Origin: Bacteroidales bacterium UBA1035
Lineage (GTDB): Bacteria > Bacteroidota > Bacteroidia > Bacteroidales > Dysgonomonadaceae
Assembly: GCA_002316835.1 (NCBI GenBank)
Contig: DCEG01000005.1
Location: 8,884 to 72,319 of the forward strand
Length of the DNA stretch: 63,436 nt
Direction of reading: 5' to 3'
A program made the position numbers and the translations under genes. The notes under the pieces were generated by a model, which did not search any database, was not told where the DNA came from, and saw only the letters and a list, made by a program, of their open reading frames with translations. Positions 1 through 10,427 of the stretch are shown here, one piece after another (position 1 is the first letter of the stretch; the number at the start of each line of letters is the position of its first letter).

Positions 1-1
1 G

Positions 2-1045
2 AATTTTTCACCAAATGGAAATATCGTCATTTCGGGCGCCGGTGCTACTTTTCCCTATCCATTTTACAATATTGTGTTTCGTAATTATATGAAGCAGAAT
101 CAGGCTACTACCGTTAATTATGGAGCAATTGGCAGTGGTGGTGGCATAAGAAGTTTACGTGATCGCTCAGTAGATTTTGGTGCGAGTGACGCTTTTCTCT
201 CTGAAAAAGAATTAAAATCGATGGAAGCTGAAGTAATTCATATCGCCACGTGCATGGGTGGAGTGGTAATGGCTTACAAACTTTCTAACGTTGATAGTCT
301 TCGGTTAAACGGTGACTTGATTGCAGATATCTTTATGGGTAAGATTTTACGGTGGAACGATGCAAGAATTGCGCAAGAGAACCCAAACGTCAATTTACCC
401 GATCTGGAAATAACGCCTGTGTACAGATCTGATGGAAGCGGCACAACATTCAACTTTTCGGAATATTTATGTTCTGTTAATGATGACTGGAACCGTGACA
501 TGGGAAAAGGAAAGGCGCTGAAATGGAGTGCCGGAATTGCCGCAAAAGGAAATCCCGGTGTAGCAGGAATTGTTCAGCAAACCGAAGGAGCTATCGGTTA
601 TATAGGTTCTGAATACGCGCTCACCTTAAAGCTTCCCACAGCAAAACTGAGAAACAAAGCAGGTAATTATGTAGCAGCCACACTCGAAACTATTTCGTCG
701 GCAGCAAATATAGATTTACCGGATGATATGCGCATAACACTCACTAACTCTGCCGACCCCAATGCATATCCGATAAGCGTTCTAACATGGATTCTGGTAT
801 ACAAAGACCAGCAATACGGCAATAGAACCAAAAAAGATGCCTACGATCTAGTTGATTTACTCTCATACATGCTTACTCCTGAAGGACAACGAGTGGCAGC
901 ACAAATTAATTTTGCGCCCTTGTCTACGCAAGCGTTGATGAAAACTAAAAAGCTCATATCTGAAATTCATTATGGTGGTAAAGTTTTGTTTCCTGCCAAA
1001 TTAGACGAAGTTAGTTTGACGACAGATTCGCTTACAATTAATTAA
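2..1045 (+). CDS. pstS: Phosphate ABC transporter substrate-binding protein PstS (5' end outside window)
   Basis: Frame open from base 2 (…ISGAGATFPYPFY…); GSGGG, DFGASD and RSDGSGTT motifs; first gene of pst operon. Confidence 0.95.
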   Translation, partial: NFSPNGNIVISGAGATFPYPFYNIVFRNYMKQNQATTVNYGAIGSGGGIRSLRDRSVDFGASDAFLSEKELKSMEAEVIHIATCMGGVVMAYKLSNVDSLRLNGDLIADIFMGKILRWNDARIAQENPNVNLPDLEITPVYRSDGSGTTFNFSEYLCSVNDDWNRDMGKGKALKWSAGIAAKGNPGVAGIVQQTEGAIGYIGSEYALTLKLPTAKLRNKAGNYVAATLETISSAANIDLPDDMRITLTNSADPNAYPISVLTWILVYKDQQYGNRTKKDAYDLVDLLSYMLTPEGQRVAAQINFAPLSTQALMKTKKLISEIHYGGKVLFPAKLDEVSLTTDSLTIN

Positions 1046-1046
1046 G

Positions 1047-1904
1047 ATGAAAGATAAGCTTTTTAAATTGCTTTTATTTGTTGCTTCAGCAAGCGTTCTG
1101 CTATTAACTGCCGGAATTATTTATGCTTTAATAGGTGGTGCCTCTCAAGCTTTCGGAGAGTATGGCTTTTGGGGATTTATTACTAACTCCGAATGGGATC
1201 CAAGATCAGCAACCGAAGAGTACGGCGCTTTGTCTTTTATAGTGGGAACACTATTTACAGCATTTTTCGCTTTGTTGATCTGTCTTTTATTTTCGTTGCC
1301 TGTGGCATTATTTAACGGAGAATATTTCAAAGGGACTAAAATCTCGTCATTTGTGGGTTCAATTGTAGGTCTACTTGCCGGTATCCCGTCAATTGTTTAT
1401 GGTTTATGGGGTTTTTATATGTTGCGACCGCTGACTATCGAATTGGGAATTAATGCTCAGGGATTCGGAATTTTTACAGCATCCATTGTGTTGGCGATCA
1501 TGATTATCCCTTACGCTTCTTCGTTAAGTAGTGAGTTCCTTTCAATGGTTCCCAATAACTTAAAAGAAGGTGCTTACAGCTTAGGCGCTACAAGAATTGA
1601 AGTTATTCAACACATAAGCTTGCCCGTAGCTGGTTCGGGAATTGTAGCGTCTTACATTTTGGCTCTTGGCCGTGCGCTGGGCGAAACAATGGCTGTAACC
1701 ATGCTTATTGGAAATACAAATAATATCCCTAAAGGATTAGCTGATACAGGGAATACTATGGCAAGTATTATTGCCAACCAGTTTGGTGAATCTGATGGAA
1801 TAAAACTGAGTTCATTGATAGCTATTGGATTGCTGCTTTTTATAATAACGGCAATCATTAATCTGATAGCTAAATTAATAGTGAAACATATGTCGCGAGC
1901 ATGA
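1047..1904 (+). CDS. pstC: Phosphate ABC transporter permease PstC
   Basis: Hydrophobic; LAGIPSIVYGLWG and LGRALGETMAV motifs. Confidence 0.95.
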   Translation: MKDKLFKLLLFVASASVLLLTAGIIYALIGGASQAFGEYGFWGFITNSEWDPRSATEEYGALSFIVGTLFTAFFALLICLLFSLPVALFNGEYFKGTKISSFVGSIVGLLAGIPSIVYGLWGFYMLRPLTIELGINAQGFGIFTASIVLAIMIIPYASSLSSEFLSMVPNNLKEGAYSLGATRIEVIQHISLPVAGSGIVASYILALGRALGETMAVTMLIGNTNNIPKGLADTGNTMASIIANQFGESDGIKLSSLIAIGLLLFIITAIINLIAKLIVKHMSRA

Positions 1905-2776
1905 CGGAAAGAAAGCAAACAAGCATAAGTTACAGAAACGGCAAGAATAAATTGATTTATATTCTTGTATGTACATTATCGTTTTTATCCATGCTTCCTT
2001 TGTTTTTTATTATATGGGAAGTGATATCAAAAGGATATAAAAACTTTAATTTACAGTTGTTTACCGAAGTGACTCCTTCATCAATGGATGCAATGTTGTC
2101 ACGTGCTAACAATGGACCTATTCCCGGAGGAATTTTGAACGGAATAACCGGATCGATCCTTATTGTTGGTGTAGCTATTCTGCTAACTATCCCTTTGGGA
2201 TTGCTTATCGGAATTTATCTTTCCGAAAATTCACAGAAAAGATTTGCTAAACTGGTCAGTTATTTAACCGATTTGTTGCAGGGAATACCTTCGATTGTTA
2301 TCGGGATTATAGCTTACGCTTGGGTAGTGAAGCCATTTGGAGGATATTCTGCACTTGCAGGAAGTGTGGCGTTAACGATTATGATGCTACCGATGGTAGT
2401 ACGTTCAACCGAGGAAACACTGAAAATGTTGCCTCGCTCGTACAAAGAAGCAGGATTAGCATTAGGTTCATCGTATATAAATGTCGTGTTTAAAATCTTA
2501 ATCCCATCGGGATTCGGAGGTATTTTCACCGGAATTCTACTCTCCATTTCACGTGTTATGGGCGAAACCGCCCCACTTATGCTTACAGCTTTGGGAGCGA
2601 CAATTGTAAACTGGAATGTTATGCATCCCACCAGCGCCATGCCACTTTTAATTTGGGATTTTTATAACGATCCCAACTTGGTCGATTTAATCTGGTCGAC
2701 ATCATTATTACTTCTTATTATTATATTTCTTTTAAACTGGTTAGCGAAAATTGTAGCACGTAAATGGAAAATATAG
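1901..2776 (+). CDS. pstA: Phosphate ABC transporter permease PstA
   Basis: GIPSIVIG and RVMGETAPL motifs; ATGA overlap with pstC. Confidence 0.95.
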   Translation: MTERKQTSISYRNGKNKLIYILVCTLSFLSMLPLFFIIWEVISKGYKNFNLQLFTEVTPSSMDAMLSRANNGPIPGGILNGITGSILIVGVAILLTIPLGLLIGIYLSENSQKRFAKLVSYLTDLLQGIPSIVIGIIAYAWVVKPFGGYSALAGSVALTIMMLPMVVRSTEETLKMLPRSYKEAGLALGSSYINVVFKILIPSGFGGIFTGILLSISRVMGETAPLMLTALGATIVNWNVMHPTSAMPLLIWDFYNDPNLVDLIWSTSLLLLIIIFLLNWLAKIVARKWKI

Positions 2777-3546
2777 AAGATACGGGTAGAGAGCCCATTT
2801 TAAAATTGAACTCTGTTTCGGTTTCGTATGTAGCGGGGAAGAATGCAGTAAATGAGGTTTCTGCCAATATTTATCCCAATACAATTACTGGAATTATGGG
2901 GCCGTCGGGATGTGGAAAAAGTACATTGTTGCGCGCTATTAATAGAATGCACGACCTGTATCCCAATGTGAAAACAACTGGTGAAATATTTCTAAAAGGG
3001 AAAAACGTACTGCAGATGAATCCAATGGAAGTTCGCCGATTGGCAGGAATGGTTTTTCAACAACCAAATCCTTTCCCAACGATGAGTATCTACGATAATG
3101 TGTTGGCAGGTTATTCGCTCAATGGTATCCGGTTAAGTAAAAAAGAGAAAGATGATATTGTAGAGCAAAGCCTTATTTCCGTCGCACTTTGGGATGAGGT
3201 AAAAGAGGTGATGTCTAAACGCGGGTCATTTCTTTCGGGCGGGCAGCAACAACGTTTATGTATTGCACGTACCCTGGCATTGATGCCTGAAGTGCTGCTG
3301 ATGGATGAGCCCACGTCGGCTCTCGATCCGATATCGACCAACAAAATTGAAGAATTACTGCTGGATTTGAAGAAGAAATACACCATACTTATCGTTACGC
3401 ACAACATGTCGCAAGCGGCGAGAATTTCGGACAACTCCATGTTTATGTACTTGGGGGATTTAATTGAATATGGAAATACGCGTCAAATGTTCACTAAACC
3501 CAAAAATAAAAAAACCGAAGAATACCTGACCGGTGTATTCGGATAG
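2764..3546 (+). CDS. pstB: Phosphate ABC transporter ATP-binding protein PstB
   Basis: Walker [32 protein letters not shown]. Confidence 0.97.
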   Translation: MENIEDTGREPILKLNSVSVSYVAGKNAVNEVSANIYPNTITGIMGPSGCGKSTLLRAINRMHDLYPNVKTTGEIFLKGKNVLQMNPMEVRRLAGMVFQQPNPFPTMSIYDNVLAGYSLNGIRLSKKEKDDIVEQSLISVALWDEVKEVMSKRGSFLSGGQQQRLCIARTLALMPEVLLMDEPTSALDPISTNKIEELLLDLKKKYTILIVTHNMSQAARISDNSMFMYLGDLIEYGNTRQMFTKPKNKKTEEYLTGVFG

Positions 3547-3590
3547 TTGGTTATCTTTGTAAATGAAACTAATTCTGCAAAACTACCATC

Positions 3591-4349
3591 ATGGAACCGT
3601 ACAACGAAGAAAATGATAATCTTTTCAGCCCGTCAGGCGCAAGTATAAAGGAAAAATATTTTGATCAGCTGCAAAGCGATTTTCAGCTTTTGTCTGAAAT
3701 CGTATTAGAGCAACTTGAAAACTCTCAACGTTTGTTGATTGATAAAAACGAAGACTTGTTTGCCCTAATGAAGAAAAATGAGAAAATTATTGATTCCCTC
3801 GATATTACTATCAAAGAAAAGGTGATTAACAGCATCATGTTTTTCAATCCTGTAGCTATTGATTTAAGAAAAATAATGGCTTATTACGATATAACCATTT
3901 CCATGGAGCGGGTGGGGGATCTTATTCAAAATATTGCTGTATCACTAAAAAAAATTGATTTCTCGCTCGACGGTTTTGAAACTTACATTAAGCTAACAAA
4001 CAAGATGCTGAGGCATACCGATGAAATGCTGAAAAATGCCGTTTTTGCGGTTTCCGGTTCAAGTAATCAGATGGCTTACAACACCATTCTGATGGACGAT
4101 AAAGTAGACAAAATGGAACGTAAGATGGAGCGTAAACTGGCGGAGGGATTTCAAGAAAAAACTACCGATTACCAGATGCTTATCAATATTGTCAATCTCA
4201 ATAATATCGCTTACTATATTGAACGTATTGGAGACAAAGCAGTCGATATAGCGGAATCGGCTATCTTTCTGCTTGAAGGAAAAGATGTACGGCACGATAA
4301 AGAATTAAAAAAATCATTGCCTTATTCAAATGAAGATGAAATTCAATAA
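3591..4349 (+). CDS. phoU: Phosphate signalling complex protein PhoU
   Basis: Two repeats ERVGD/ERIGD, DDKVD; follows pstB. Confidence 0.92.
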   Translation: MEPYNEENDNLFSPSGASIKEKYFDQLQSDFQLLSEIVLEQLENSQRLLIDKNEDLFALMKKNEKIIDSLDITIKEKVINSIMFFNPVAIDLRKIMAYYDITISMERVGDLIQNIAVSLKKIDFSLDGFETYIKLTNKMLRHTDEMLKNAVFAVSGSSNQMAYNTILMDDKVDKMERKMERKLAEGFQEKTTDYQMLINIVNLNNIAYYIERIGDKAVDIAESAIFLLEGKDVRHDKELKKSLPYSNEDEIQ

Positions 4350-4367
4350 AAATCAAATTTGTTAATT

Positions 4368-5060
4368 ATGGAAGAAAGAATTTTAGTAGTTGATGATGAG
4401 AGAGATATTTGTGATATTCTTCAGTTTAATTTAGAACACGAAGGATATAAAGTAGATCTGGCAACTTCCGCAGAGGAAGCTTTGTCGGTTCTGACAGATG
4501 AACACGATCTTATTATACTCGATGTAATGATGGGTGGAATGTCAGGTTTCAAAATGGCTGAGCGACTTAGAAAAGATGACAACAATGTTCCTATCATTTT
4601 TCTGACAGCAAAAAATACCGAAAACGACATGTTAACCGGATTTTCTTTGGGTGGCGATGATTATATGTCTAAACCTTTTTCCGTAAAAGAATTACTGGCA
4701 AGGGTAAAATCGGTGCTAAAGAGAGTCAGTGCGAACAAAAAAGTGCAACAAACACTGTGGCAACACGAGGGATTAACAATTGACATTCTCAATAACAGAG
4801 TTGCTATAGATGATGTTGAAATAACACTTACAAAAAAGGAATTTGAAATTCTGTCGCTTTTATCCCAAGCTTCTCCAAACGTTTACACTCGCAGTGAAAT
4901 TTTAAATCAGGTTTGGGGTGACAATGAATTTGTCCTCGACAGAACAGTAGATGTGCATATTACCCGCCTTCGCAAAAAACTGGGCGAATATTCGTCAATT
5001 ATTGTAAATCGTTCAGGATTTGGATATTATCTTAATTTAGAGCCTAAAGTTATCGAATGA
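4368..5060 (+). CDS. phoB: OmpR/PhoB-family response regulator (PhoB/PhoP)
   Basis: REC domain (VVDDE, LDVMM, FLTAK, KPF) plus winged helix (RTVDVHITRLRKKL); pst context. Confidence 0.85.
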   Translation: MEERILVVDDERDICDILQFNLEHEGYKVDLATSAEEALSVLTDEHDLIILDVMMGGMSGFKMAERLRKDDNNVPIIFLTAKNTENDMLTGFSLGGDDYMSKPFSVKELLARVKSVLKRVSANKKVQQTLWQHEGLTIDILNNRVAIDDVEITLTKKEFEILSLLSQASPNVYTRSEILNQVWGDNEFVLDRTVDVHITRLRKKLGEYSSIIVNRSGFGYYLNLEPKVIE

Positions 5061-6805
5061 AATTTCGTTTGTCATACAGAAAGAGAATTCTATTATACTT
5101 TTCCGTAATAATTGCGATTTTTACGGTTGGGATTATTTTGTTTGAGCAAAAGCAAATCAGGCAAGAGCGTACCTTAAGCCTTGAGAATATGCTCAATGAC
5201 AACGCCGATTTTATTCATAAATACCTGGAAGGAAAGAGTATTTCGTTTTCTGACAGTGCGCAAGAAATGGACGAAATAGCAAATTATTTATCGGATAATT
5301 TGCGTATAACCATAATAGATAAATTAGGCGTTGTTAAGTACGACAATTTGCTCGATAAAAAGACAATGACAAACCACATTGATCGCCCTGAGATTCAGAA
5401 AGCGATTGGTTTTGGCAGCGGATCCAATATCCGGATGTCAGATAGTAATCATATCCGGTATTTGTACTATGCTAAGAATTACGACGAGGGATATTTTATT
5501 CGCGTAGCCCTGCCTTATGAGATTGAGGTAAGACCTTTCCTCAACTCCAAGAATAGCTTTATGTATTTCATCATCCTGTTTTTTATTGTTTCTGTGTTGA
5601 TGATGTTTTACTTTGCCAACAAATTCTCCAAATCGATAAAAGAATTAAAAGAATTTGCCGTAAACCTGAAAAATGAAAAACCGGTAAAAACAGCTTTTGA
5701 ATTCCCGGATGATGAAGTAGGAGAGGTGAGTGCCGAAATTGTGGAAAACTATAATCTGCTGAAGGAAAACAGGAGAAAACTGGCTTTGGAGCGCGAAAAA
5801 CTCATACAACATTTTCAATATTCTGAAGAGGGAATTGCTATTTTTTCGGAAGAAAGAAAAAAAATATACACCAATTCACATTTTCTGCAATTTTTGAATA
5901 TTATTGCTGACAGGCCTGTGCTGGAAGACGAGTATATGTTCTCTGATCCGAATTTCGAGGAGATCGTTGCATTTCTTGACTCACCCGACCGAACAGAAAA
6001 TGTATTTTCTACGCGCATCGAAAAAAGCGGAAAACAATTCTATGTAAGAGTTATCATTTTCGAAGATAAAAATTTCGAGATTTATTTAAGCGATATTACA
6101 AGAGCCGAAAAGCGTCGATTGTTGAAGCAGGAAATGACGAATAATATCGCTCATGAGCTTCGAACGCCAGTTACCAGTATTCGGGGTTATCTGGAAACTA
6201 TTCTTAGTCTTACCCCGGAAGATATTGATCGTCAGCGTATTTTTACTAATCGTGCTTATATTCAAACCATCCGGTTATCGGAATTGATCCAGGATATCAG
6301 TATGCTGACGAAAATAGAAGAAGCGGCTGATAGGTTTGTTAGAGAACCCGTTTACATTAAGCAACTCCTCGTTGAATTGGAATCTGATTTATCCAAGACA
6401 TTTCACGAAAAGAACGTCACATTTAACGTGGATGTAGCTGATAGTGTGCTTATTTATGGTAGCCGCACGTTGCTTTACTCTATTTTTAGAAATCTGGTTG
6501 AAAACTCTATTGCTTACGCGGGCGAATCCATCCAAATCATGTTGCGATGTTATATGGAAACCGGCGATGCCGTATATTTCGAATTTTACGATAATGGGGT
6601 TGGCGTTGAAGAAAAGCATTTGGTGAAGATCTTTGAACGGTTTTATCGGGTAAACGAAGGTCGGACACGCGAAACAGGAGGCTCTGGTTTAGGATTGTCC
6701 ATCGTTAAAAATGCCGTGTTGTTTCACAAAGGGAATATTGTGGCCAAAAACCGTCCCGAAGGCGGATTACTTTTTCTGATTACTTTCCCGAAAAATAAAG
6801 CGTAA
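5057..6805 (+). CDS. phoR: PhoR-like sensor histidine kinase
   Basis: Two TM helices, NHIDRPEI periplasmic motif, H-box AHELRTP, DNGVG, GGSGLGL. Confidence 0.85.
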   Translation: MKFRLSYRKRILLYFSVIIAIFTVGIILFEQKQIRQERTLSLENMLNDNADFIHKYLEGKSISFSDSAQEMDEIANYLSDNLRITIIDKLGVVKYDNLLDKKTMTNHIDRPEIQKAIGFGSGSNIRMSDSNHIRYLYYAKNYDEGYFIRVALPYEIEVRPFLNSKNSFMYFIILFFIVSVLMMFYFANKFSKSIKELKEFAVNLKNEKPVKTAFEFPDDEVGEVSAEIVENYNLLKENRRKLALEREKLIQHFQYSEEGIAIFSEERKKIYTNSHFLQFLNIIADRPVLEDEYMFSDPNFEEIVAFLDSPDRTENVFSTRIEKSGKQFYVRVIIFEDKNFEIYLSDITRAEKRRLLKQEMTNNIAHELRTPVTSIRGYLETILSLTPEDIDRQRIFTNRAYIQTIRLSELIQDISMLTKIEEAADRFVREPVYIKQLLVELESDLSKTFHEKNVTFNVDVADSVLIYGSRTLLYSIFRNLVENSIAYAGESIQIMLRCYMETGDAVYFEFYDNGVGVEEKHLVKIFERFYRVNEGRTRETGGSGLGLSIVKNAVLFHKGNIVAKNRPEGGLLFLITFPKNKA

Positions 6806-6930
6806 TTATATATAAGGTTAATAACCTTTTACCTGAATTCCACAAACCTTGATTTTATGGAAATCAAAGGATATGCAAAACTTATTTTAACCCAAAAAAT
6901 GAGCCGTAAACGTTAAATTAACCAAACGGT

Positions 6931-6962
6931 TTTGTAATTTAAAACAAATCTAAATAACTTTG
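6931..6962 (+). promoter_or_regulatory. Bacteroidetes sigma-70 promoter of the dehydrogenase operon
   Basis: TTTG (6931-34), 20-nt spacer, TAACTTTG (6955-62). Confidence 0.7.
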
Positions 6963-7109
6963 TGCGAAAATCACAGAATCAAGATTCAATCAACTTTTTC
7001 ACCCGCAAAAAAAGAATGTTATATGTTAAACAATTATCATTCGAAAATGTTATTCTTAGTGAATCGAGCGATATGATGACTTTGATCCAAAATTACAACT
7101 TAATATATT

Positions 7110-8105
7110 ATGGCAAAATCTAAAAAAGCAGAAAAAAAATTAGAAATACCCAAGGAAAAATTGTTGCACATGCATAAGTTAATGTGTGATATCCGTAATT
7201 TCGATGAAAAAGTAAATTACATGGTGAAAAGAGGTCAGGTTCCCGGGATGACACATTTTTCAGTTGGTGAGGAAGCTGCTAACGTAGGTGCAATCGCTGC
7301 ACTTTCGGATGGAGACTTAATTACTTCGAACCATCGTGGACACGGTCAAACCATCGCCATGGAGATAGACTTGAACGAAATGATGGCCGAAATTATGGGA
7401 AAAGCCACAGGAACCTGCAAAGGAAAAGGCGGATCAATGCACATTGCCGATCTCGATAAAGGAAATCTCGGTGCTAACGGGATTGTAGGCGGTGGAATGG
7501 GGATGGCTATCGGAGCTGCCCTGACGCAACAAATGAAAAAAACCGGAAAAATCGTAATGTGTTGTTTCGGTGACGGAGCAGTAAACGAAGGAACATTCCA
7601 CGAAACAATGAATATGGCTTCTGTCTGGAAATTGCCGGTAATTTTCTATTCTATCAATAACTTTTATGGAATCAGCACACCCATTTCAAGTGTTATCAAT
7701 ATCGATTACAATTATCAACGTGCATGTGCCTACGGAGTTCCCGGTCATTTTATAGAAGATGGGAACGATTTGATTGCCGTGTATGAAAAATTTCAGGAAC
7801 TGGTAAAATATGTTCGTGATGGAAACGGACCTGTTTTAGTTGAATCGCTTACTTATCGTTGGCACGGTCACTCAACTTCCGACCCAGGGAAATACCGTAC
7901 AAAAGCAGAAGTTGACGAGTGGAAGAAAAAAGATCCGATTGTTGCTTACAAGAATTATTTGGTTGGAAACAATCTGGCTACCGAAGAAGAATTGGACGAA
8001 ATAGACCGCAAATCAATGGAAGCAGTTGAAAACTCCGTAAAATTCGCCATGGAAAGTCCGGAACCAACGTTGGAATCGGCTTTCGAAGATATTTTTGCAG
8101 ATTAA
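7110..8105 (+). CDS. acoA: TPP-dependent acetoin/pyruvate dehydrogenase E1 alpha
   Basis: HRGHG, GKGGSMH, GDGA-x24-NN TPP motif, TYRWHGH. Confidence 0.85.
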   Translation: MAKSKKAEKKLEIPKEKLLHMHKLMCDIRNFDEKVNYMVKRGQVPGMTHFSVGEEAANVGAIAALSDGDLITSNHRGHGQTIAMEIDLNEMMAEIMGKATGTCKGKGGSMHIADLDKGNLGANGIVGGGMGMAIGAALTQQMKKTGKIVMCCFGDGAVNEGTFHETMNMASVWKLPVIFYSINNFYGISTPISSVINIDYNYQRACAYGVPGHFIEDGNDLIAVYEKFQELVKYVRDGNGPVLVESLTYRWHGHSTSDPGKYRTKAEVDEWKKKDPIVAYKNYLVGNNLATEEELDEIDRKSMEAVENSVKFAMESPEPTLESAFEDIFAD

Positions 8106-8131
8106 ATAAAAACAAACAACATACAACATAA

Positions 8132-9133
8132 ATGGAAAACGAAACTAAAGTAATGTCTGTAAGAGACGCCATTATTATGGCGATGTCTGAAGAAATGCGT
8201 CGCGACGAAAACGTATTTCTCATGGGCGAGGACGTAGGTATTTTCGGTGGTGACTTCGGTACATCGGTGGGAATGCTTCAGGAGTTTGGAAAAGAACGTA
8301 TTCGTGACACTCCAATCTCTGAAAACGCAATTTCCGGTTGCGCGATTGGCGCTGCAATGACCGGCCTGAGACCCATTGTTGACGTAACTTTTATGGACTT
8401 TATCGTTTATATGATGGACAATATAGTGAATCAGGCAGCAAAAACCCGATATATGTTCGGCGGAAAAGGACAAGTACCTGTTGTCTTCCGCTGCGCGGCA
8501 GGATCGGGCGTGGGCGCCGCTGCACAGCATTCGCAGTCGCTCGAAGCATGGTTTACTCATATTCCGGGGCTTAAGGTTGTCGCCCCGGGAACACCTGCCG
8601 ATGTTAAAGGAATACTTAAATCCGCTATCAGGGATAATAATACTGTTATTTTCCTTGAATATAAAGCGCAATTCAACATGAAAGGAGAAGTTCCTCTCGA
8701 CCCGGAATTTACCATTCCGTTAGGCAAGGCCGAACTTAAACGAGAGGGCAAGGACGTAACTGTTGTTACGTATGGAAGAATGCTCGAACGCGTGCTGCAG
8801 GCTGCCGACGAAGTGCGGGAAGCCGAAGGCGTAAGCGTTGAAGTGGTTGATTTGAGAACATTGATGCCGCTTGACAAAGAAGCCATTCTTAATTCGGTGA
8901 AAAAAACCGGTCGTGTATTGCTCGTTAATGATGCACACAAAACCGGCGGATTCATCGGTGAAATTGCCGCAATGATCGCCGAAAGCGATGCCTTCGATTT
9001 CCTCGATGGCCGCATTCTGCGATTGGCGGCAGAAGATGTTCCCGTTCCTTACAACGCAAAACTTGAGGCAGCCATGCTGCCAAACGTTGAAAGGATTAAA
9101 AAATATATCCTCAAACTGGTTAATAAAAGGTAA
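8132..9133 (+). CDS. acoB: Acetoin/pyruvate dehydrogenase E1 beta
   Basis: GEDVG, DTPISE, AAQHSQSLE motifs. Confidence 0.85.
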   Translation: MENETKVMSVRDAIIMAMSEEMRRDENVFLMGEDVGIFGGDFGTSVGMLQEFGKERIRDTPISENAISGCAIGAAMTGLRPIVDVTFMDFIVYMMDNIVNQAAKTRYMFGGKGQVPVVFRCAAGSGVGAAAQHSQSLEAWFTHIPGLKVVAPGTPADVKGILKSAIRDNNTVIFLEYKAQFNMKGEVPLDPEFTIPLGKAELKREGKDVTVVTYGRMLERVLQAADEVREAEGVSVEVVDLRTLMPLDKEAILNSVKKTGRVLLVNDAHKTGGFIGEIAAMIAESDAFDFLDGRILRLAAEDVPVPYNAKLEAAMLPNVERIKKYILKLVNKR

Positions 9134-9265
9134 TTCGCTACGCGTAATTCAGTTGTAATTCACTCACTGCATTCGTGATATTCGTTGTGTAAGTGAACTG
9201 TTCAACGAAACAATTGAATATCTACTGAATATCAATCGAATTACAATTGAATAACAATTGAAGTT
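9130..9265. repeat. Fold-back array of ~11-bp repeats between acoB and acoC
   Basis: TAATTC-type units on the left; five 11-mers CAATTGAATAW-like at 9211/9222/9233/9244/9255 on the right. Confidence 0.7.
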
Positions 9266-9266
9266 T

Positions 9267-10379
9267 ATGGAAGAAAGACAATTAATAAGAGCAACCCCTG
9301 CCGCGAGAGCACTGGCCCGACGTATGAACGTGACACTTGCCAATGTAACCGGAACCGGTTATAAGAGTCGCATTCACAAAGAAGACGTTGCCGGATGGAA
9401 TTTTCAGGGTAAAATACATATTTCGCCACTCGCACGCAGGATAGCTGAGGAACATAATATTGATCTGAAGGGCATCAGAGGTTCCGGACATAATGATAAA
9501 ATTATAAAGGACGACGTCTTGCTGCTCATTTCAGACCCGGTATTGAAAGCACGTCTAACACGTGACGATTTTGCTGAGGCTACGGCTGCACCGAAAATAT
9601 TATCAAGCGTAAGCAAACAGATTCAGATTACTCCATCGGAGACAAAAGTTCCTGTGCCTGCAAAAGCAGCAGAGGAAACTGCCAATACCGAAGTTCTTCC
9701 TTTGAGCATGATGCGCAAAGTGATTGCAAAGCGTATGTCGGAAAGTTATTTTTCAATTCCTTCGTTTATTCAAACCTGGGAAATTGATATGACCGAACTG
9801 CTTGAGTTACGCAAGAAACTGATGGATCCGATAAAGGAAAAAACAGACAAGAAGCTGACTGTTACCGATTTAATTTCGTTTGCCGTTGTTAAAACGCTGA
9901 TGAAGCACAAATACATCAATGCAAGTTTAAACGGCGAAGTTACCGAAATTACTTTCCACAACTATGTGAATCTGGGAATGGCAGTAGGCCTTGACGAAGG
10001 TTTACTGGTGCCTGTGGTAAAAAATGCCGATAAAATGTCGTTGAGTGAATTGGTGGTGGCGTTGAAAGATGTTACCGAACGCACTTTCTCGAAAAAGCTT
10101 ATGCCCGATGAACAAACAGGAAGTACATTTACCATCAGTAACCTGGGAATGTACGGCGTGGAACATTTCACGGCAATTATCAATCAGCCAAATGCTGCTA
10201 TTCTGAGTGTTTCATCTACTAAAGATACAATTGTTGCCCGAAACGGCGAAGCGGTAATTCGTCCAATAATGAAGATCAGCCTCACAAGCGATCACCGTAT
10301 AATCGACGGGCTTACCGCTGCAAAATTCATGACGGATCTGAAGCAGTTACTCGAAAATCCGCTATCATTATTAATATAA
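9267..10379 (+). CDS. acoC: Dihydrolipoamide acetyltransferase E2 (two E3-binding domains, no lipoyl domain)
   Basis: RATPAARALA…GTG and ISPLARRIA…GSG subunit-binding domains; catalytic DHRIIDG. Confidence 0.88.
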   Translation: MEERQLIRATPAARALARRMNVTLANVTGTGYKSRIHKEDVAGWNFQGKIHISPLARRIAEEHNIDLKGIRGSGHNDKIIKDDVLLLISDPVLKARLTRDDFAEATAAPKILSSVSKQIQITPSETKVPVPAKAAEETANTEVLPLSMMRKVIAKRMSESYFSIPSFIQTWEIDMTELLELRKKLMDPIKEKTDKKLTVTDLISFAVVKTLMKHKYINASLNGEVTEITFHNYVNLGMAVGLDEGLLVPVVKNADKMSLSELVVALKDVTERTFSKKLMPDEQTGSTFTISNLGMYGVEHFTAIINQPNAAILSVSSTKDTIVARNGEAVIRPIMKISLTSDHRIIDGLTAAKFMTDLKQLLENPLSLLI

Positions 10380-10384
10380 ATATT

Positions 10385-10411
10385 GTAAAGACGCACGGCG
10401 TGCGTCTTTAC
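10385..10411. repeat. GTAG-type REP-like palindrome, copy 1
   Basis: GTAAAGACGCACG-G-CGTGCGTCTTTAC, perfect 13-bp arms. Confidence 0.75.
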
Positions 10412-10427
10412 GTAACCTGAAGAAAAT

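Noticed and set aside
9130-9265. Possible CRISPR or mini-array
   Set aside because: Units are 11 bp, degenerate and lack unique spacers; no cas genes in the window
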